64,000 nt of DNA from Acidobacteriota bacterium (GTDB lineage Bacteria; Acidobacteriota; Aminicenantia; UBA2199): contig JAKLEC010000001.1 of the NCBI GenBank assembly GCA_022711715.1, forward strand, positions 33,500 to 97,499, written 5' to 3'. The first letter of the stretch is position 1. Each line of letters opens with the position of its first letter. Of the stretch, positions 49,010 through 59,059 are shown in pieces. The notes under the pieces were generated by a model. That model made no database searches. It saw only the letters and a list, made by a program, of their open reading frames with translations, and was not told the DNA's origin. Position numbers and translations under genes: made by a program.

Positions 49010-50237
49010 GGGGACGGAGGATTAAAATTTGACTTTTTCCCTGCGAGGTAAAAAGTCAATATTTAAAGTTCCGTCCCCCAGCAGGCAGGAAGGCAGCCTG
49101 CTTGCCTGCGCTGTATGGCCACAAAACTGATGCGGAGGACCAGCGATACAATGCAGCACACAGGGATGGCTAGAGGATTTTCCCATACCATACAGATTGA
49201 TGGACGAAATTCTAATTTTTGACCTTTATATTTCCTCTCTTCTTTGCATTGCGGTACAGATGCCCCAGAGACTGGTGCTTCAAGTCAAAGAAGAAGGGGA
49301 TTTCGCCTATATCCGAATATTTCAGCCCGGCCAGGTCATGCAGCCAGACCAATAGCTCGCCCCGCAGTCTTTTGCCTGCGTGGGATGAGCGGTCGATCTG
49401 CTTCAGGCTGACCTGGTGCTTCCTTTCGAACTCATGGACCACCTTTTCAGCGGGCTCAAAGAATCGGTCCTCCGCGCGCTTCCTCTGTGCATCGGCGGGC
49501 GTTTTCCTGCGGTCGAACTTTTCCGCCGCCTTATCCGGGAAATCATCGCTCCCGATCACAGTCCCGAACCGAGTCCGAATGATCGGCAGCTCCGCATCGG
49601 CCGGATCGCGCAAGACGGCAGCCAGACCCTGGCGCGACTTGAAGAGGCCTTCAATGAGGTCAGTCGCCAGCCACTCGCTCCTTCTCCTGGAAAAATACGC
49701 GCCAGCGCTCGACCAGGGATAATCCGTCGATACTGCAGCCAGGCCCGCCCTGACCGGATTCAGGAGGACGTAACGGATTGCCAGTGTCAGGTATCCTTCA
49801 TCCTGGATCAGGGAGGAGTGAAAGCGGTTTTGGAACACGTATCCCTGGCTCGCCGTCTTCCTGCGATAATACATGCCGTACTGGCCGTTCAACTGCCGGA
49901 GAAAATGGGAAAGCCGGCCTGAGCGATTCTCGACCACCAGGTGATAGTGGTTGTCTATCAGGCAGAAGGCGAAAATGCGGATGCCGTTCAGTTTGGAATT
50001 CCTGGCCAGAAGTTCAAGAAAATGGCGTTTATCATTGTCACCCGCAAGGATCTTTTCCCCGTTGATCCCGCGGCTGGTGACATGGTGAAACGCTCCAGGG
50101 TAAGTCAGCCTGGGAAGCCGCATGGTTCGATCTTAGTTGAGGAGCGAAACGAATTCAATGGGGACGGAGGATTAATTTTTGTGTTTTTCGTGATTCGATA
50201 AAAAAGTCAAAAATTAAAGTTCCGTCCCCAAAAGGAG
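49010..50237. mobile_element. REP-associated tyrosine transposase (RAYT) unit flanked by two AT-rich ~75-nt palindromic hairpin elements in direct orientation (REPtron-like)
   Basis: GGGGACGGAGGATTAAAATTTGACTTTTT...AAAAAGTCAATATTTAAAGTTCCGTCCCC at 49010-49082. GGGGACGGAGGATTAATTTTT...AAAAAGTCAAAAATTAAAGTTCCGTCCCC at 50157-50237. Confidence 0.7.
49212..50123 (-). CDS. IS200-like Y1 (HUH) transposase, REP-associated (RAYT), with C-terminal DnaA-C-like HTH extension
   Basis: NHYHLVV HuH motif. Catalytic Tyr region YVLLNPVRAGL. C-terminal LHDLAGLKYSDIGEI...LGHLYRN resembles DnaA domain IV. Confidence 0.75.
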   Translation of the reverse strand: MRLPRLTYPGAFHHVTSRGINGEKILAGDNDKRHFLELLARNSKLNGIRIFAFCLIDNHYHLVVENRSGRLSHFLRQLNGQYGMYYRRKTASQGYVFQNRFHSSLIQDEGYLTLAIRYVLLNPVRAGLAAVSTDYPWSSAGAYFSRRRSEWLATDLIEGLFKSRQGLAAVLRDPADAELPIIRTRFGTVIGSDDFPDKAAEKFDRRKTPADAQRKRAEDRFFEPAEKVVHEFERKHQVSLKQIDRSSHAGKRLRGELLVWLHDLAGLKYSDIGEIPFFFDLKHQSLGHLYRNAKKRGNIKVKN

Positions 50238-50321
50238 CGGGGATTGTAAATCGCGGCGATTCCCCATAGAATAGGGCCTTGACCGATGCGGCCGGAACCA
50301 CCGGGCCCGGAGGAGCACACC

Positions 50322-53300
50322 ATGAAAACAAGGCAGCGCAACACCCTGGCGGCGATCGTCCTGACGCCACTGCTGGCAGCCGTCCTGGCCTTCCCCAGCC
50401 GCGCGGCGGCGGCGCGCGAGCGGATCGCCGGGCTGGACAAGGCCATCGACGCCCGCATCGCGGGCTGGGAGCTCTCCCTCGACGGTTCGCGCTGGGAGCC
50501 CTACCAGCCCGGCCGGCCGGTCACGGCGGCGGGCTTCCGCCTGCGCGCATCCGTCCAGGCGCCGGCCGCCTTCGCCGGCGCGAGGGTACAGGGCACGCCG
50601 CTGCGCCTGGCGGCGCGGATGAGCGGCCGCGGCCTGGCGCAGGCCGCCTTTTTCCTCGACGGCCGCGAGCTGGAGCAGGCCGTCCTGCACGGCGAGAACG
50701 GCACCGCCGTCGAAGAGCGCCGCGACGTCTCGCTGCTGGAACGCAGCGACGGCGCCGCCCACGTCCTGGAGATCGCTGTGGAGAACCGCGGCTTCCTGCC
50801 GGCGCGCGGCGAATATTGGCCGGAGCGCCGCCGCGGCGCGCCGCCGGACGAGGGGATCTCCTTCACCCTGGCCGCGGCCGAGCTGTCATTCCCGGCGGCG
50901 GCGGGGAACCTGGCCGCGCTGCAGGACTGGCTGCGCTCGTTCCAGTTCGCCGACATCCTGGTCAACCCCGAGCTGAAGCGCTACACCTTCACCGGCAAGC
51001 CCTACGACATCCCCGACAAGCGGCGCGTCGCGGCGGAGAAGCTGCGCCGGCTCAATGACGCGCTGGACAGGGCCGCCGCCGCCCTGGACCTCGCTGCGCT
51101 CCAGGCCGGCGACGGGCCGAAGCTGCAGGCGTCGCTGCGTCGCTCCTTCGCCATCGCCGCCCCCGTCAAAGACTATCTCCGGGAGTTCCGTATCAGCCTG
51201 GTGGGCAACGCCCACATCGACATCGCCTGGCTGTGGCGCATAGCCGAGACCATGGCCCTGACCAAGAACACCTACGGGACGGTGATCCAGAACATGGGCG
51301 AGTACCCCGAGCTCACCTACGCCCAGAGCCAGGCCGTCACCTACGACTGGATCGAGAGGAAGCATCCCGACCTGTTCCGGAAGATAAAGGAAAAAGTGAA
51401 GAGCGGCCGCTGGGAGATCGTGGGCGGCATGTGGGTCGAGCCCGACTGCAACCTGATCGCCGGCGAAAGCTGGGCGCGCCAGATCCTCTACGGCAAGACG
51501 TACTTCAAGGAGAAGTTCGGCGTCGACGTGCGCATCGGCTGGAATCCCGACTCCTTCGGCTACAACTGGAACATGCCGCAGCTGTACAAGCTGGGCGGCA
51601 TCGACACCTTCATCACCCAGAAGCTGTGGTGGAACGACACCACCGTGTTCCCGCACTTCTTCTTCAACTGGCAGGGGGTGGACGGCACGACCATCCTCAC
51701 CTATCTGCCGCCGCTGAGCTACGCCAGCCAATTGAAGCTGGCCGAGGTGGCCAACGGCGTCTCCAAGTACGAGGCCACCACCGGTTTGAAGGAGAGCCTG
51801 ATCCTCTACGGCCTGGGTGACCACGGCGGCGGCCCCAACCGCGAGATCCTCGACCGCGTGCGCGGCTACGGCAAGATGACGCTGGCGCCGCGCTTCGTCC
51901 ACACCACGCCGAGCCCGTTCCTGCAGGGGAAGCGCAGGGAGAAGCTGGACCTGCCCCTGTGGCAGGACGAGCTCTACCTGGAGTACCACCAGGGGACCTT
52001 CACCACCCAGGGAGCGATCAAGAAGAACAACCGCCGTACCGAGGCCCTGTTGGCCACGACGGAGAAGCTCGCCGCCGCCGCCTGGCTGCTGGGTGCCCCG
52101 TACCCTAAGGAAGAACTGGAACGGTGCTGGAAGAGCGCCCTCACCCTGCAGTTCCACGACATCCTCCCCGGCTCATCCATCACCCCGGTCTACCGCGATG
52201 CGCTGGAGACCTTCCAGCAGGTGCAGCAGGAGCTGAAACGGCTTGGAAACGCGGCTTGCAGCCGCATCATCGACAGCATCGCCACCGCCGAACCGGCCGA
52301 AAAGCCGTTCCGGATGTGGCTGTTCGTCTTCAACCCCCTTTCCTGGGAGCGCGATGACGTCGTGACCACCGCGTTCCCTATCCTCGAGGGCCATGGACTG
52401 CGTCTCCTTGATGAGCAGGACCATGATGTCGAGTTCGAGATCGGCAAGGCGGTCAATGGCAAGGACGAGATCACGTTCATCGCCCGCAAGGTCCCGCCCT
52501 TGGGCTACCGGGTTTATTCCTGGCTCACGTATCCCGAAGGTTCGCCGCGGGCGCCCGCGCCGCAAGCCGCCGGCCCGGGCAGCGGCATCCTGGAGAACGA
52601 AACCCTGCGGGTGGAGATCGATCCCGCCAGCGGCAACCTCAAGAGCATTTTCGACAAGAGGCGGGGGTGCGAGTTCGTGGCGCCCGGCGAGCAGGCCAAC
52701 AAGCTCTGGGTCTACGAGGACCGGCCGGAGAACTGGGATGCCTGGAACATCGGCTATACCGGCCGCGTCTGGGAGCTGAATAAGGCCGACAAGGTGGAGC
52801 GGGTCTCCAGCGGCCCGGTCAAAACGGTCTTCCGCGTCGACAAGAGCTTCCTGGGCTTCTCCAAGGAGCGCGAGTACCCGAGCGAGGACTTTCCCTCCTC
52901 CTTCTTCACGCAGTACATCACCCTGTACAAGGGGCTGGACCGCCTGGACATCCGCACCGAGGCCGACTGGTGGGAGGACCACCTCTCGCTCAAGGCCTGC
53001 TTCCCGCTCGACGTCAAGGCCGACAAGGCGTACTACGAGATCCCCTTCGCCGCCATCGGCCGCACCACCCGCTTCGAGACGCTGTGGGAGAAAGCGCGCT
53101 ATGAGGTGCCGGCACTGCGCTGGGCCGACCTGGCGGACGAGAAGGGCGGCGTCGCCCTGCTCAACGATTCCAAGTACGGCTACGACATCCACGGCAGCGT
53201 CATGAAGCTGTCGCTGCTCCGCTCGCCGACCTGGCCCGACCCGCTGGCCGACCGCGGCCGCCACGAGTTCACCTATTCCCTTTATCCCCATGCCGGCTCG

Positions 53301-53666
53301 TGGAGTGAGGCGCAGGTGGTGCGCCGCGGCCAGGAGCTCAACCAGCCGCTGCTGACAAGAGTCTTCACGGGAAGCGAAGGCAAGCTGCCGCCCATCCAGG
53401 GCTTTTTCGCCATCGACGGCGAGGGCGTGATCATCGATGCCATCAAGCTGGCCGAGGACCGCTCGGGGCTGGTACTCCGCCTCTACGAGGCCAACGGCAG
53501 GGCGGAAAAGGCGACATTGCGCTGCTTCCGCGCCCCGACCGCGGCGGTCGAGACCGACCTGCTGGAGAAGGAGACCGCCCCGCTCGCCGTGAAGGACGGC
53601 GGCATCGCCCTGTCCTTCCGCCCGTTCGAGATCAAGACGGTCAGGATCCGCTTCGCGGAACGCTGA
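50322..53666 (+). CDS. Glycoside hydrolase family 38 alpha-mannosidase with N-terminal signal peptide and ~260-aa extra domain
   Basis: Start MKTRQRN (50322). GH38 core from NAHIDIAWLW. GGMWVEPDCN, GWNPDSFGYNWNMPQ, C-terminal beta-sandwich domains. Confidence 0.85.
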   Translation: MKTRQRNTLAAIVLTPLLAAVLAFPSRAAAARERIAGLDKAIDARIAGWELSLDGSRWEPYQPGRPVTAAGFRLRASVQAPAAFAGARVQGTPLRLAARMSGRGLAQAAFFLDGRELEQAVLHGENGTAVEERRDVSLLERSDGAAHVLEIAVENRGFLPARGEYWPERRRGAPPDEGISFTLAAAELSFPAAAGNLAALQDWLRSFQFADILVNPELKRYTFTGKPYDIPDKRRVAAEKLRRLNDALDRAAAALDLAALQAGDGPKLQASLRRSFAIAAPVKDYLREFRISLVGNAHIDIAWLWRIAETMALTKNTYGTVIQNMGEYPELTYAQSQAVTYDWIERKHPDLFRKIKEKVKSGRWEIVGGMWVEPDCNLIAGESWARQILYGKTYFKEKFGVDVRIGWNPDSFGYNWNMPQLYKLGGIDTFITQKLWWNDTTVFPHFFFNWQGVDGTTILTYLPPLSYASQLKLAEVANGVSKYEATTGLKESLILYGLGDHGGGPNREILDRVRGYGKMTLAPRFVHTTPSPFLQGKRREKLDLPLWQDELYLEYHQGTFTTQGAIKKNNRRTEALLATTEKLAAAAWLLGAPYPKEELERCWKSALTLQFHDILPGSSITPVYRDALETFQQVQQELKRLGNAACSRIIDSIATAEPAEKPFRMWLFVFNPLSWERDDVVTTAFPILEGHGLRLLDEQDHDVEFEIGKAVNGKDEITFIARKVPPLGYRVYSWLTYPEGSPRAPAPQAAGPGSGILENETLRVEIDPASGNLKSIFDKRRGCEFVAPGEQANKLWVYEDRPENWDAWNIGYTGRVWELNKADKVERVSSGPVKTVFRVDKSFLGFSKEREYPSEDFPSSFFTQYITLYKGLDRLDIRTEADWWEDHLSLKACFPLDVKADKAYYEIPFAAIGRTTRFETLWEKARYEVPALRWADLADEKGGVALLNDSKYGYDIHGSVMKLSLLRSPTWPDPLADRGRHEFTYSLYPHAGSWSEAQVVRRGQELNQPLLTRVFTGSEGKLPPIQGFFAIDGEGVIIDAIKLAEDRSGLVLRLYEANGRAEKATLRCFRAPTAAVETDLLEKETAPLAVKDGGIALSFRPFEIKTVRIRFAER

Positions 53667-53676
53667 GCGGGGCCCC

Positions 53677-54699
53677 ATGAACAAGCACCTGCTCAAGGTC
53701 AAGCAGTACCTGCTCTCGGGCGTCTCCTACGCCATCCCCTTCGTCGCCTGCGGCGGCATCCTCATCGCCGTGGCCATCGCCCTCGTGCCCATGGGCGCCG
53801 GCGGCCCCGACTTCTCCCACTCGCCCTTCCTCAAGATGCTGCTGGACATCGGCAGCAGCGCCTTCTCGCTGCTGGTGCCGGTGCTGGCCGGCTACATCGC
53901 CTTCGGCATGGCCGACCGGCCGGGCCTGGTGCCGGGCTTCGTCGGCGGCGCCATCGCCAACCAGATCGGCGCCGGCTTCCTGGGCGGGCTCGTCGCCGGC
54001 CTGCTCGCCGGCGCCGTGGTGATGCTGATCAAGAAGGTGAAGGTGCCGATCTACTTCCGGCCGGTCATGCCCATCCTGGTCATCCCCGTCGTCGCCTCGC
54101 TGGTCGTGGGCTTCGTCATGTACCGCTTCCTGGGCGTGCCGATCCGCGACCTGATGACCGCGATGTCGGCCTGGCTGAAGGTGATGGGCACCGGCAACCG
54201 CGTCGTCCTGGCGGCGGTGCTGGGAGCCATGATCGCCTTCGACATGGGCGGCCCGGTGAACAAGGTCGCCTTCTTCTTCAGCGCCGCCATGATCAAGGAG
54301 GGGAATTTCGCGCCCATGGGCGCCTGCGCCGCCGCCATCTGCGTGCCGCCGCTGGGCATGGGCCTGGCCACGCTGCTGGGCCGGCGGCGGTGGACGCAGC
54401 AGGAGCGCGAGGCCGGCTACGCCAGCCTGGCCATGGGCATGATCGGCATCACCGAGGGGGCCATCCCCTTCGCCGCCGCCGAGCCGCTGCGCACCATCCC
54501 CGTCATCATGCTGGGCTCGATGACGGCGTCCGTGATCGCCATGCTGGGCAACGTGGGCGGCCATGCGCCGCACGGCGGGCCCATCGTGCTGCCGGTGGTG
54601 GACAACCGCCTGGTGTACGTCGCGGCCATCCTCGCCGGCACCCTGCTGGTGGCGCTGCTGGCCAACGCCATCCGCCGCTACGCCGGCGTGAAGTCCTGA
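53677..54699 (+). CDS. PTS fructose-family EIIC permease component
   Basis: 340 aa polytopic. GGPVNKVAFFF and GITEGAIPFAAA motifs of EIIC-Fru. Confidence 0.85.
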   Translation: MNKHLLKVKQYLLSGVSYAIPFVACGGILIAVAIALVPMGAGGPDFSHSPFLKMLLDIGSSAFSLLVPVLAGYIAFGMADRPGLVPGFVGGAIANQIGAGFLGGLVAGLLAGAVVMLIKKVKVPIYFRPVMPILVIPVVASLVVGFVMYRFLGVPIRDLMTAMSAWLKVMGTGNRVVLAAVLGAMIAFDMGGPVNKVAFFFSAAMIKEGNFAPMGACAAAICVPPLGMGLATLLGRRRWTQQEREAGYASLAMGMIGITEGAIPFAAAEPLRTIPVIMLGSMTASVIAMLGNVGGHAPHGGPIVLPVVDNRLVYVAAILAGTLLVALLANAIRRYAGVKS

Positions 54700-54710
54700 A
54701 GGAGAAGCAG

Positions 54711-55010
54711 ATGAAGATCGTCGCCGTCACCGCCTGCCCGACCGGCATCGCCCACACCTACATGGCGGCCGAGCAGCTGGAGAAGACCGCCCGCAGGCTC
54801 GGGCACGGCATCCGCGTGGAAACCCAGGGCTCGATGGGCATCGAGAACAAGCTGGCCGCCGCCGAGATCCGCGCCGCCGATGCCGTCATTTTCGCCGCCG
54901 ACATCGCCGTGCAGGACGGCGAGCGCTTCGCGGGCAAGAAAATCGTGGAGGTCGGCGTGCAGGAGGCCATCAAGCGCCCCGAGGCGGTGTTCGCCCGCCT
55001 GGGCGGGTAA
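54711..55010 (+). CDS. PTS fructose-family EIIB component
   Basis: MKIVAVTACPTGIAHTYMAAE with active-site Cys. Confidence 0.85.
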   Translation: MKIVAVTACPTGIAHTYMAAEQLEKTARRLGHGIRVETQGSMGIENKLAAAEIRAADAVIFAADIAVQDGERFAGKKIVEVGVQEAIKRPEAVFARLGG

Positions 55011-55019
55011 GGGAGCGCC

Positions 55020-57539
55020 TTGGCCGCGGTGCGCTTCGCCTTCCCCCTGGCCGGCGGCCTGCACGCCCGGCCGGCCAGCCTGCTCCGCGACGCCTGCCGC
55101 CCGTTTGCCGCCGCCGTCGTCTTCCGCAACCTGCGCAGCGGCAAACGCGCCGACGCCGCCAGCGTCCTGGAGCTGGTGGCCAGCGACACCGTCCGCAACG
55201 ATCCCTGCCTGCTGGAGGCGAGCGGCCCGCAGGAGCGCGAGGCCATGGCGGCGCTGCGCGCCTTCGTGGAGCGCGACCTGCCCGGCGCCGACGACGAGAC
55301 GCCGCCGGCCGGCAGCGCCGCCGGCGCCTCCTGGCTGCCGCCCGTCTTCGTCGCCGGCGGCGGCTCCCTGCTCCGCGGCCGTCCCCTGGCGCCGGGGGTG
55401 GGCCGGGGCCGCGTCCGCCGCCTGGCCGGGCGGGCTTCCTTCCCGAAGCGCTTCGCATCCGGCAGGCGCGACGCGGCGCAGGAACTGGAGTCGTTCCGCC
55501 GGGCCGCTGCCGAGGTCGAGGCCGCGCTGGCGGGATCGGCTGCGCGCGCCGCCGGGCCCGTCGCCGCCATCTTCAAGGCCCAGCAGGCCATCGCCGCCGA
55601 TCCGGCGTTCGCCGGCCGGGTGGCCGGCCTGATCGCCAAAGGCAGGCTGTCGGCGGGCGCGGCGATCGGGCAGGCCGCAGGCCATTACGCCGGCAAGCTG
55701 CGGCGCTCCTCCAGCGCCTACCTGCGGGAACGGGCCGACGACGTGTACGATATCGCCGCCCAGCTGGCGGAGAAGCTGTACGGCGCCGTGTCCCGACCGG
55801 CCGCGCCGGCTTCAGGTCCCTTCGTCGTTGCCGCCTCGTCCCTCTCCGCCTCCGAGCTGCCCGCCCTCCAGCGTCGCGGCCTGCGCGGGCTGATCCTCGG
55901 CGACGTCGGCGCGACCGCGCACGTCGCCATCCTGGCGCGCTCGCTGTCCATCCCCGCCGTCTCCGTCGATCCCGGCGCCCTGGCGCGCATCGTGGCCGGC
56001 GCCGAGGCGCTGGTTGACGGCCGGCGCGGCCTGGCGGTGATCGCCCCCGGCGCCGCCCTGAAGCGCTACTACCGCCTGGAGCAGGCGTCCGCCGCGGAGA
56101 TCCGGCGCCGGCGGAGCGCCTGGCGCCGGCTGCCGGGCCGGACACGCGACAAAAAACGCATCGAGATCGCGGCCAACGTCGGCCGGCCCGAGGAGCTGGC
56201 AACGGCCTGGGCCGCCGGCGCCCAGGGCATCGGCCTCTTCCGCAGCGAGTTCCTCTTCCTCGGCCGCCGGGAGCCGCCGGGCGAGGAGGAGCAGTTCGCG
56301 GCCTACACCCGGGCGACGCGGTCGGCCGGCGGCCGGCCGGTGATCGTCCGCACCCTCGATGTCGGCGGCGACAAGCCCCTCCCCTACCTGAAGCTGGCGC
56401 CTGAAGCCAATCCCTTCCTCGGCCGCCGCGCCGTGCGCTTCTACGCCGGGCATGCCGGCCTGGTGCGCTGCCAGCTGCGGGCCATGCTGCGCGCCGCCGG
56501 CCGCGGCCGGCTGAAGATCATGGTGCCGATGGTGACCGCGCCGGGAGAAGTGCGACTGGTGCGCGGGCTCCTGAAGGAGGCCGCCGCCGAGCTGCGAAGT
56601 CGCCGCGTTCCCCATGCCCGCTCCGTCGAGCTAGGGATCATGGTGGAGACGCCGGCGGCGGCGCTGGCCGTCGATTCCCTGGCGCGCGAGGCCGACTTCT
56701 TCAGCGTCGGCAGCAACGACCTGCTGCAGTACGTGATGGCCGTCGACCGCGGCAACCCGGCGCTGGCCGGGCTCTACGACCCGCTCCATCCCGCCTTCCT
56801 GCGCCTGCTGGCCGGCGCCGCCCGCCAGGCCCGCCGGGCGCGGCGCTGGCTGGGGCTCTGCGGGGAAATGGCGGGAAGCGCGGAGCTCCTGCCGCTCCTG
56901 GTCGGCATGGGCTTCGACGAGCTCAGCATGGCGCCGGGACTGATCCCCGGGACGAAGGAGCGGCTGGCCCGCCTGGACGCGGCCGCCTGCCGCCGGCTCC
57001 TGGGCCGCGCTCTGCGCTGCGGCGAGGCCGCCGCGGTACGGGCCTTGCTGCGGCAGTTCGCCGCCGCGGACGACGGCTCCGCCCGGCGCCAGGTCACCGC
57101 GGCCGGCCTGGTCCGCCTGGGCTCGCCCAGCCGCAGCGCCGCCGAGGCGATCCGCGAGCTGTGCGCCATGCTGGAGCTCGACGGCCGCGTGGGCGACGCC
57201 CTGGCGCTGGAAGAGGCGGCGTGGAGGCGCGAGGAGTCCTATGCCACCGACCTGGGGCTGGGTTTCGCCCTGCCCCATGCCAAGTCGCCGGCCGTGCGCG
57301 AGGCGGCGGTCGCCTTCCTGCGGCCGTCCCGCCCCTTCCGCTGGGCCGCGGGATCGCGAACACCGGTGCGTGGCGTGCTGCTGATCGCCGTTCCGGAGGG
57401 CGGAGGCGAGGAGCACCTGCGCCTTATCGCCGGGTTGTCGCGCCGGCTGGTGCACGAGGAGTTCCGCCGCGCCCTGCTCTCCGCCCGCACCGTTGCCGCC
57501 GCCCTGGCCGCCCTGCGCTCGGGGCTGGGGAGCGGATGA
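55020..57539 (+). CDS. PTS multiphosphoryl transfer protein (HPr domain - Enzyme I - EIIA-Fru/Ntr type), FryA-like
   Basis: N-terminal GLHARPAS HPr His. Central GDVGATAHVAILAR EI His and CGEMAG. C-terminal EIIA GLGFALPHAKS. Confidence 0.8.
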   Translation: MAAVRFAFPLAGGLHARPASLLRDACRPFAAAVVFRNLRSGKRADAASVLELVASDTVRNDPCLLEASGPQEREAMAALRAFVERDLPGADDETPPAGSAAGASWLPPVFVAGGGSLLRGRPLAPGVGRGRVRRLAGRASFPKRFASGRRDAAQELESFRRAAAEVEAALAGSAARAAGPVAAIFKAQQAIAADPAFAGRVAGLIAKGRLSAGAAIGQAAGHYAGKLRRSSSAYLRERADDVYDIAAQLAEKLYGAVSRPAAPASGPFVVAASSLSASELPALQRRGLRGLILGDVGATAHVAILARSLSIPAVSVDPGALARIVAGAEALVDGRRGLAVIAPGAALKRYYRLEQASAAEIRRRRSAWRRLPGRTRDKKRIEIAANVGRPEELATAWAAGAQGIGLFRSEFLFLGRREPPGEEEQFAAYTRATRSAGGRPVIVRTLDVGGDKPLPYLKLAPEANPFLGRRAVRFYAGHAGLVRCQLRAMLRAAGRGRLKIMVPMVTAPGEVRLVRGLLKEAAAELRSRRVPHARSVELGIMVETPAAALAVDSLAREADFFSVGSNDLLQYVMAVDRGNPALAGLYDPLHPAFLRLLAGAARQARRARRWLGLCGEMAGSAELLPLLVGMGFDELSMAPGLIPGTKERLARLDAAACRRLLGRALRCGEAAAVRALLRQFAAADDGSARRQVTAAGLVRLGSPSRSAAEAIRELCAMLELDGRVGDALALEEAAWRREESYATDLGLGFALPHAKSPAVREAAVAFLRPSRPFRWAAGSRTPVRGVLLIAVPEGGGEEHLRLIAGLSRRLVHEEFRRALLSARTVAAALAALRSGLGSG

Positions 57540-57586
57540 GTTGCATGTCCGCCGCCGGGCGCCTATAATCGGGGCGGAACGAAGCC

Positions 57587-58198
57587 ATGGGGAGGAGCGA
57601 CATGGACCCGAAGAACGCCCTGCCGCCGCGGGCGCGCAAGCGCCTGATCGTCCTGGCCGCCGTCATCCTGCTGCTGCTGGCCGTCAACCTGGCCGTGCCG
57701 GCACGCAAGGTGCGGCCGCCGCTGACTGCCCGCACCCTCAAGGACCTGGCGGAGCTGGCCACCGTCGAGTACGAGGTGACCAAGATCGTCTCGCACAAGG
57801 ACATCGCCTGGTACGGCGACCGCAAGATCCTGTTCGAGACGGCCGCCGAGGTCAAGGCCGGCATCGACCTCAACGAGTTGGCCGACCAGGACGTGCGCGT
57901 CGAGGGCGACGCCGTCACCGTCACCCTGCCGCGGCCGCGCATCCTGCTCTTCAACATGAAGCCCGGAAGCATGCGCGAGATCTTCAACGAGTCGGGCATC
58001 CTGCGCAGCGACTTCTCCAACCAGGAGAAGGACGCCCTGCTCAGCCTCGGCGAAAAGGACATCCGCGCCAAGGTGGCCGCCATGGACGTCCTCGACCGCG
58101 CCGCGCGCAACGCGCGTATCCTGGTGGAGTCGTGGCTGCGGCGCTCGGGCTATTCCGCGGTGCGCGTGGAGTTCCGCGCCGCCGGAGGCGCCGCATGA
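57587..58198 (+). CDS. DUF4230 domain protein
   Basis: N-terminal TM anchor then DUF4230 fold (VEYEVTKIVSHKDI..KAGIDLNEL). Confidence 0.65.
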   Translation: MGRSDMDPKNALPPRARKRLIVLAAVILLLLAVNLAVPARKVRPPLTARTLKDLAELATVEYEVTKIVSHKDIAWYGDRKILFETAAEVKAGIDLNELADQDVRVEGDAVTVTLPRPRILLFNMKPGSMREIFNESGILRSDFSNQEKDALLSLGEKDIRAKVAAMDVLDRAARNARILVESWLRRSGYSAVRVEFRAAGGAA

Positions 58199-58800
58199 AG
58201 CGCCTGGCCGCCCTGCTCACCGCCGCCGCCCTGCTGGCCGCCGCCCTGCTGCTCTACAACCCGCTGGCCAAGATCGGCCTGCTGCCGCCGCTGAAGGCGC
58301 TGCTGCGCGGGGGCGCCGCCGAGATCGCGGAGACGCCGGTGATCGTCCAGCAGGTGAAGAACATCGCCCAGATGTTCACCCAGACCTTCTACGACGAGAT
58401 CGTCTACGACACCGGGGTCATGCGCACGCCGGTCTTCAGCCAGAACAAGCGGCTGATCTTCATCGCCAAGGGAGAGGTGATCGCCGGCTTCGACCTGTCG
58501 GAGCTGGGCGAGAGCGCCATCATGCGCCGCGGCCGCTCGATCGTGGTCAAGCTGCCGCCGGCGCGGGTCCTGGACGTGGTCATCAACCCCAGCGGCTTCG
58601 AGACCTTCATCGAGGAGGGCGAGATCAGCTTCGAGGAGAGCAAGCGCTTCCATGAGGACGCGCGGCGCATCTTCGATGAGAACGCCCGGCGCAAGGGCAT
58701 CCTGCGCAACAGCGCCGAGCAGGGCCGGCAGATGCTGGAGAAGTTCTTCCGCCTGCTGGGCTTCGAGACGGTGGACATCATCATCCCCGCCAGCCGCTAG
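58195..58800 (+). CDS. DUF4230 domain protein (paralog)
   Basis: Start MKRLAALLTAAALLAAALLL (58195, ATGA overlap). Same architecture as the preceding gene. Confidence 0.65.
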   Translation: MKRLAALLTAAALLAAALLLYNPLAKIGLLPPLKALLRGGAAEIAETPVIVQQVKNIAQMFTQTFYDEIVYDTGVMRTPVFSQNKRLIFIAKGEVIAGFDLSELGESAIMRRGRSIVVKLPPARVLDVVINPSGFETFIEEGEISFEESKRFHEDARRIFDENARRKGILRNSAEQGRQMLEKFFRLLGFETVDIIIPASR

Positions 58801-58990
58801 GCCAGCTCGCTGCCGGTCAGAACGAACAGGGCTTCAAGGTTCGGCGTTCGAAGTTCGACGTTCGACGTAACGAAGGCCAATTCGCTCGGATGCTTTTTAC
58901 GATCTCCAAGCAGGTTCTGATCTCTGTTTCAGACAATGGGTGTCTAGTAAAGAAAAGCGATTGCTTTTGCATTTTTGCAATCCGTCCCCA
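58801..58990. repeat. Partial family-A element (arm without central hairpin)
   Basis: AAGGTTCGGCGTTCGAAGTTCGACGTTCGACGTAACGAAGGCCAATTCGCTCGGATGC. Confidence 0.7.
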
Positions 58991-59059
58991 AGCGCCGAAT
59001 ATCCTTGATTTTGCCCCCGTGGGCAGGTAAGCTGGCAGCCAGCGAAGCGGCCGTTCAGA

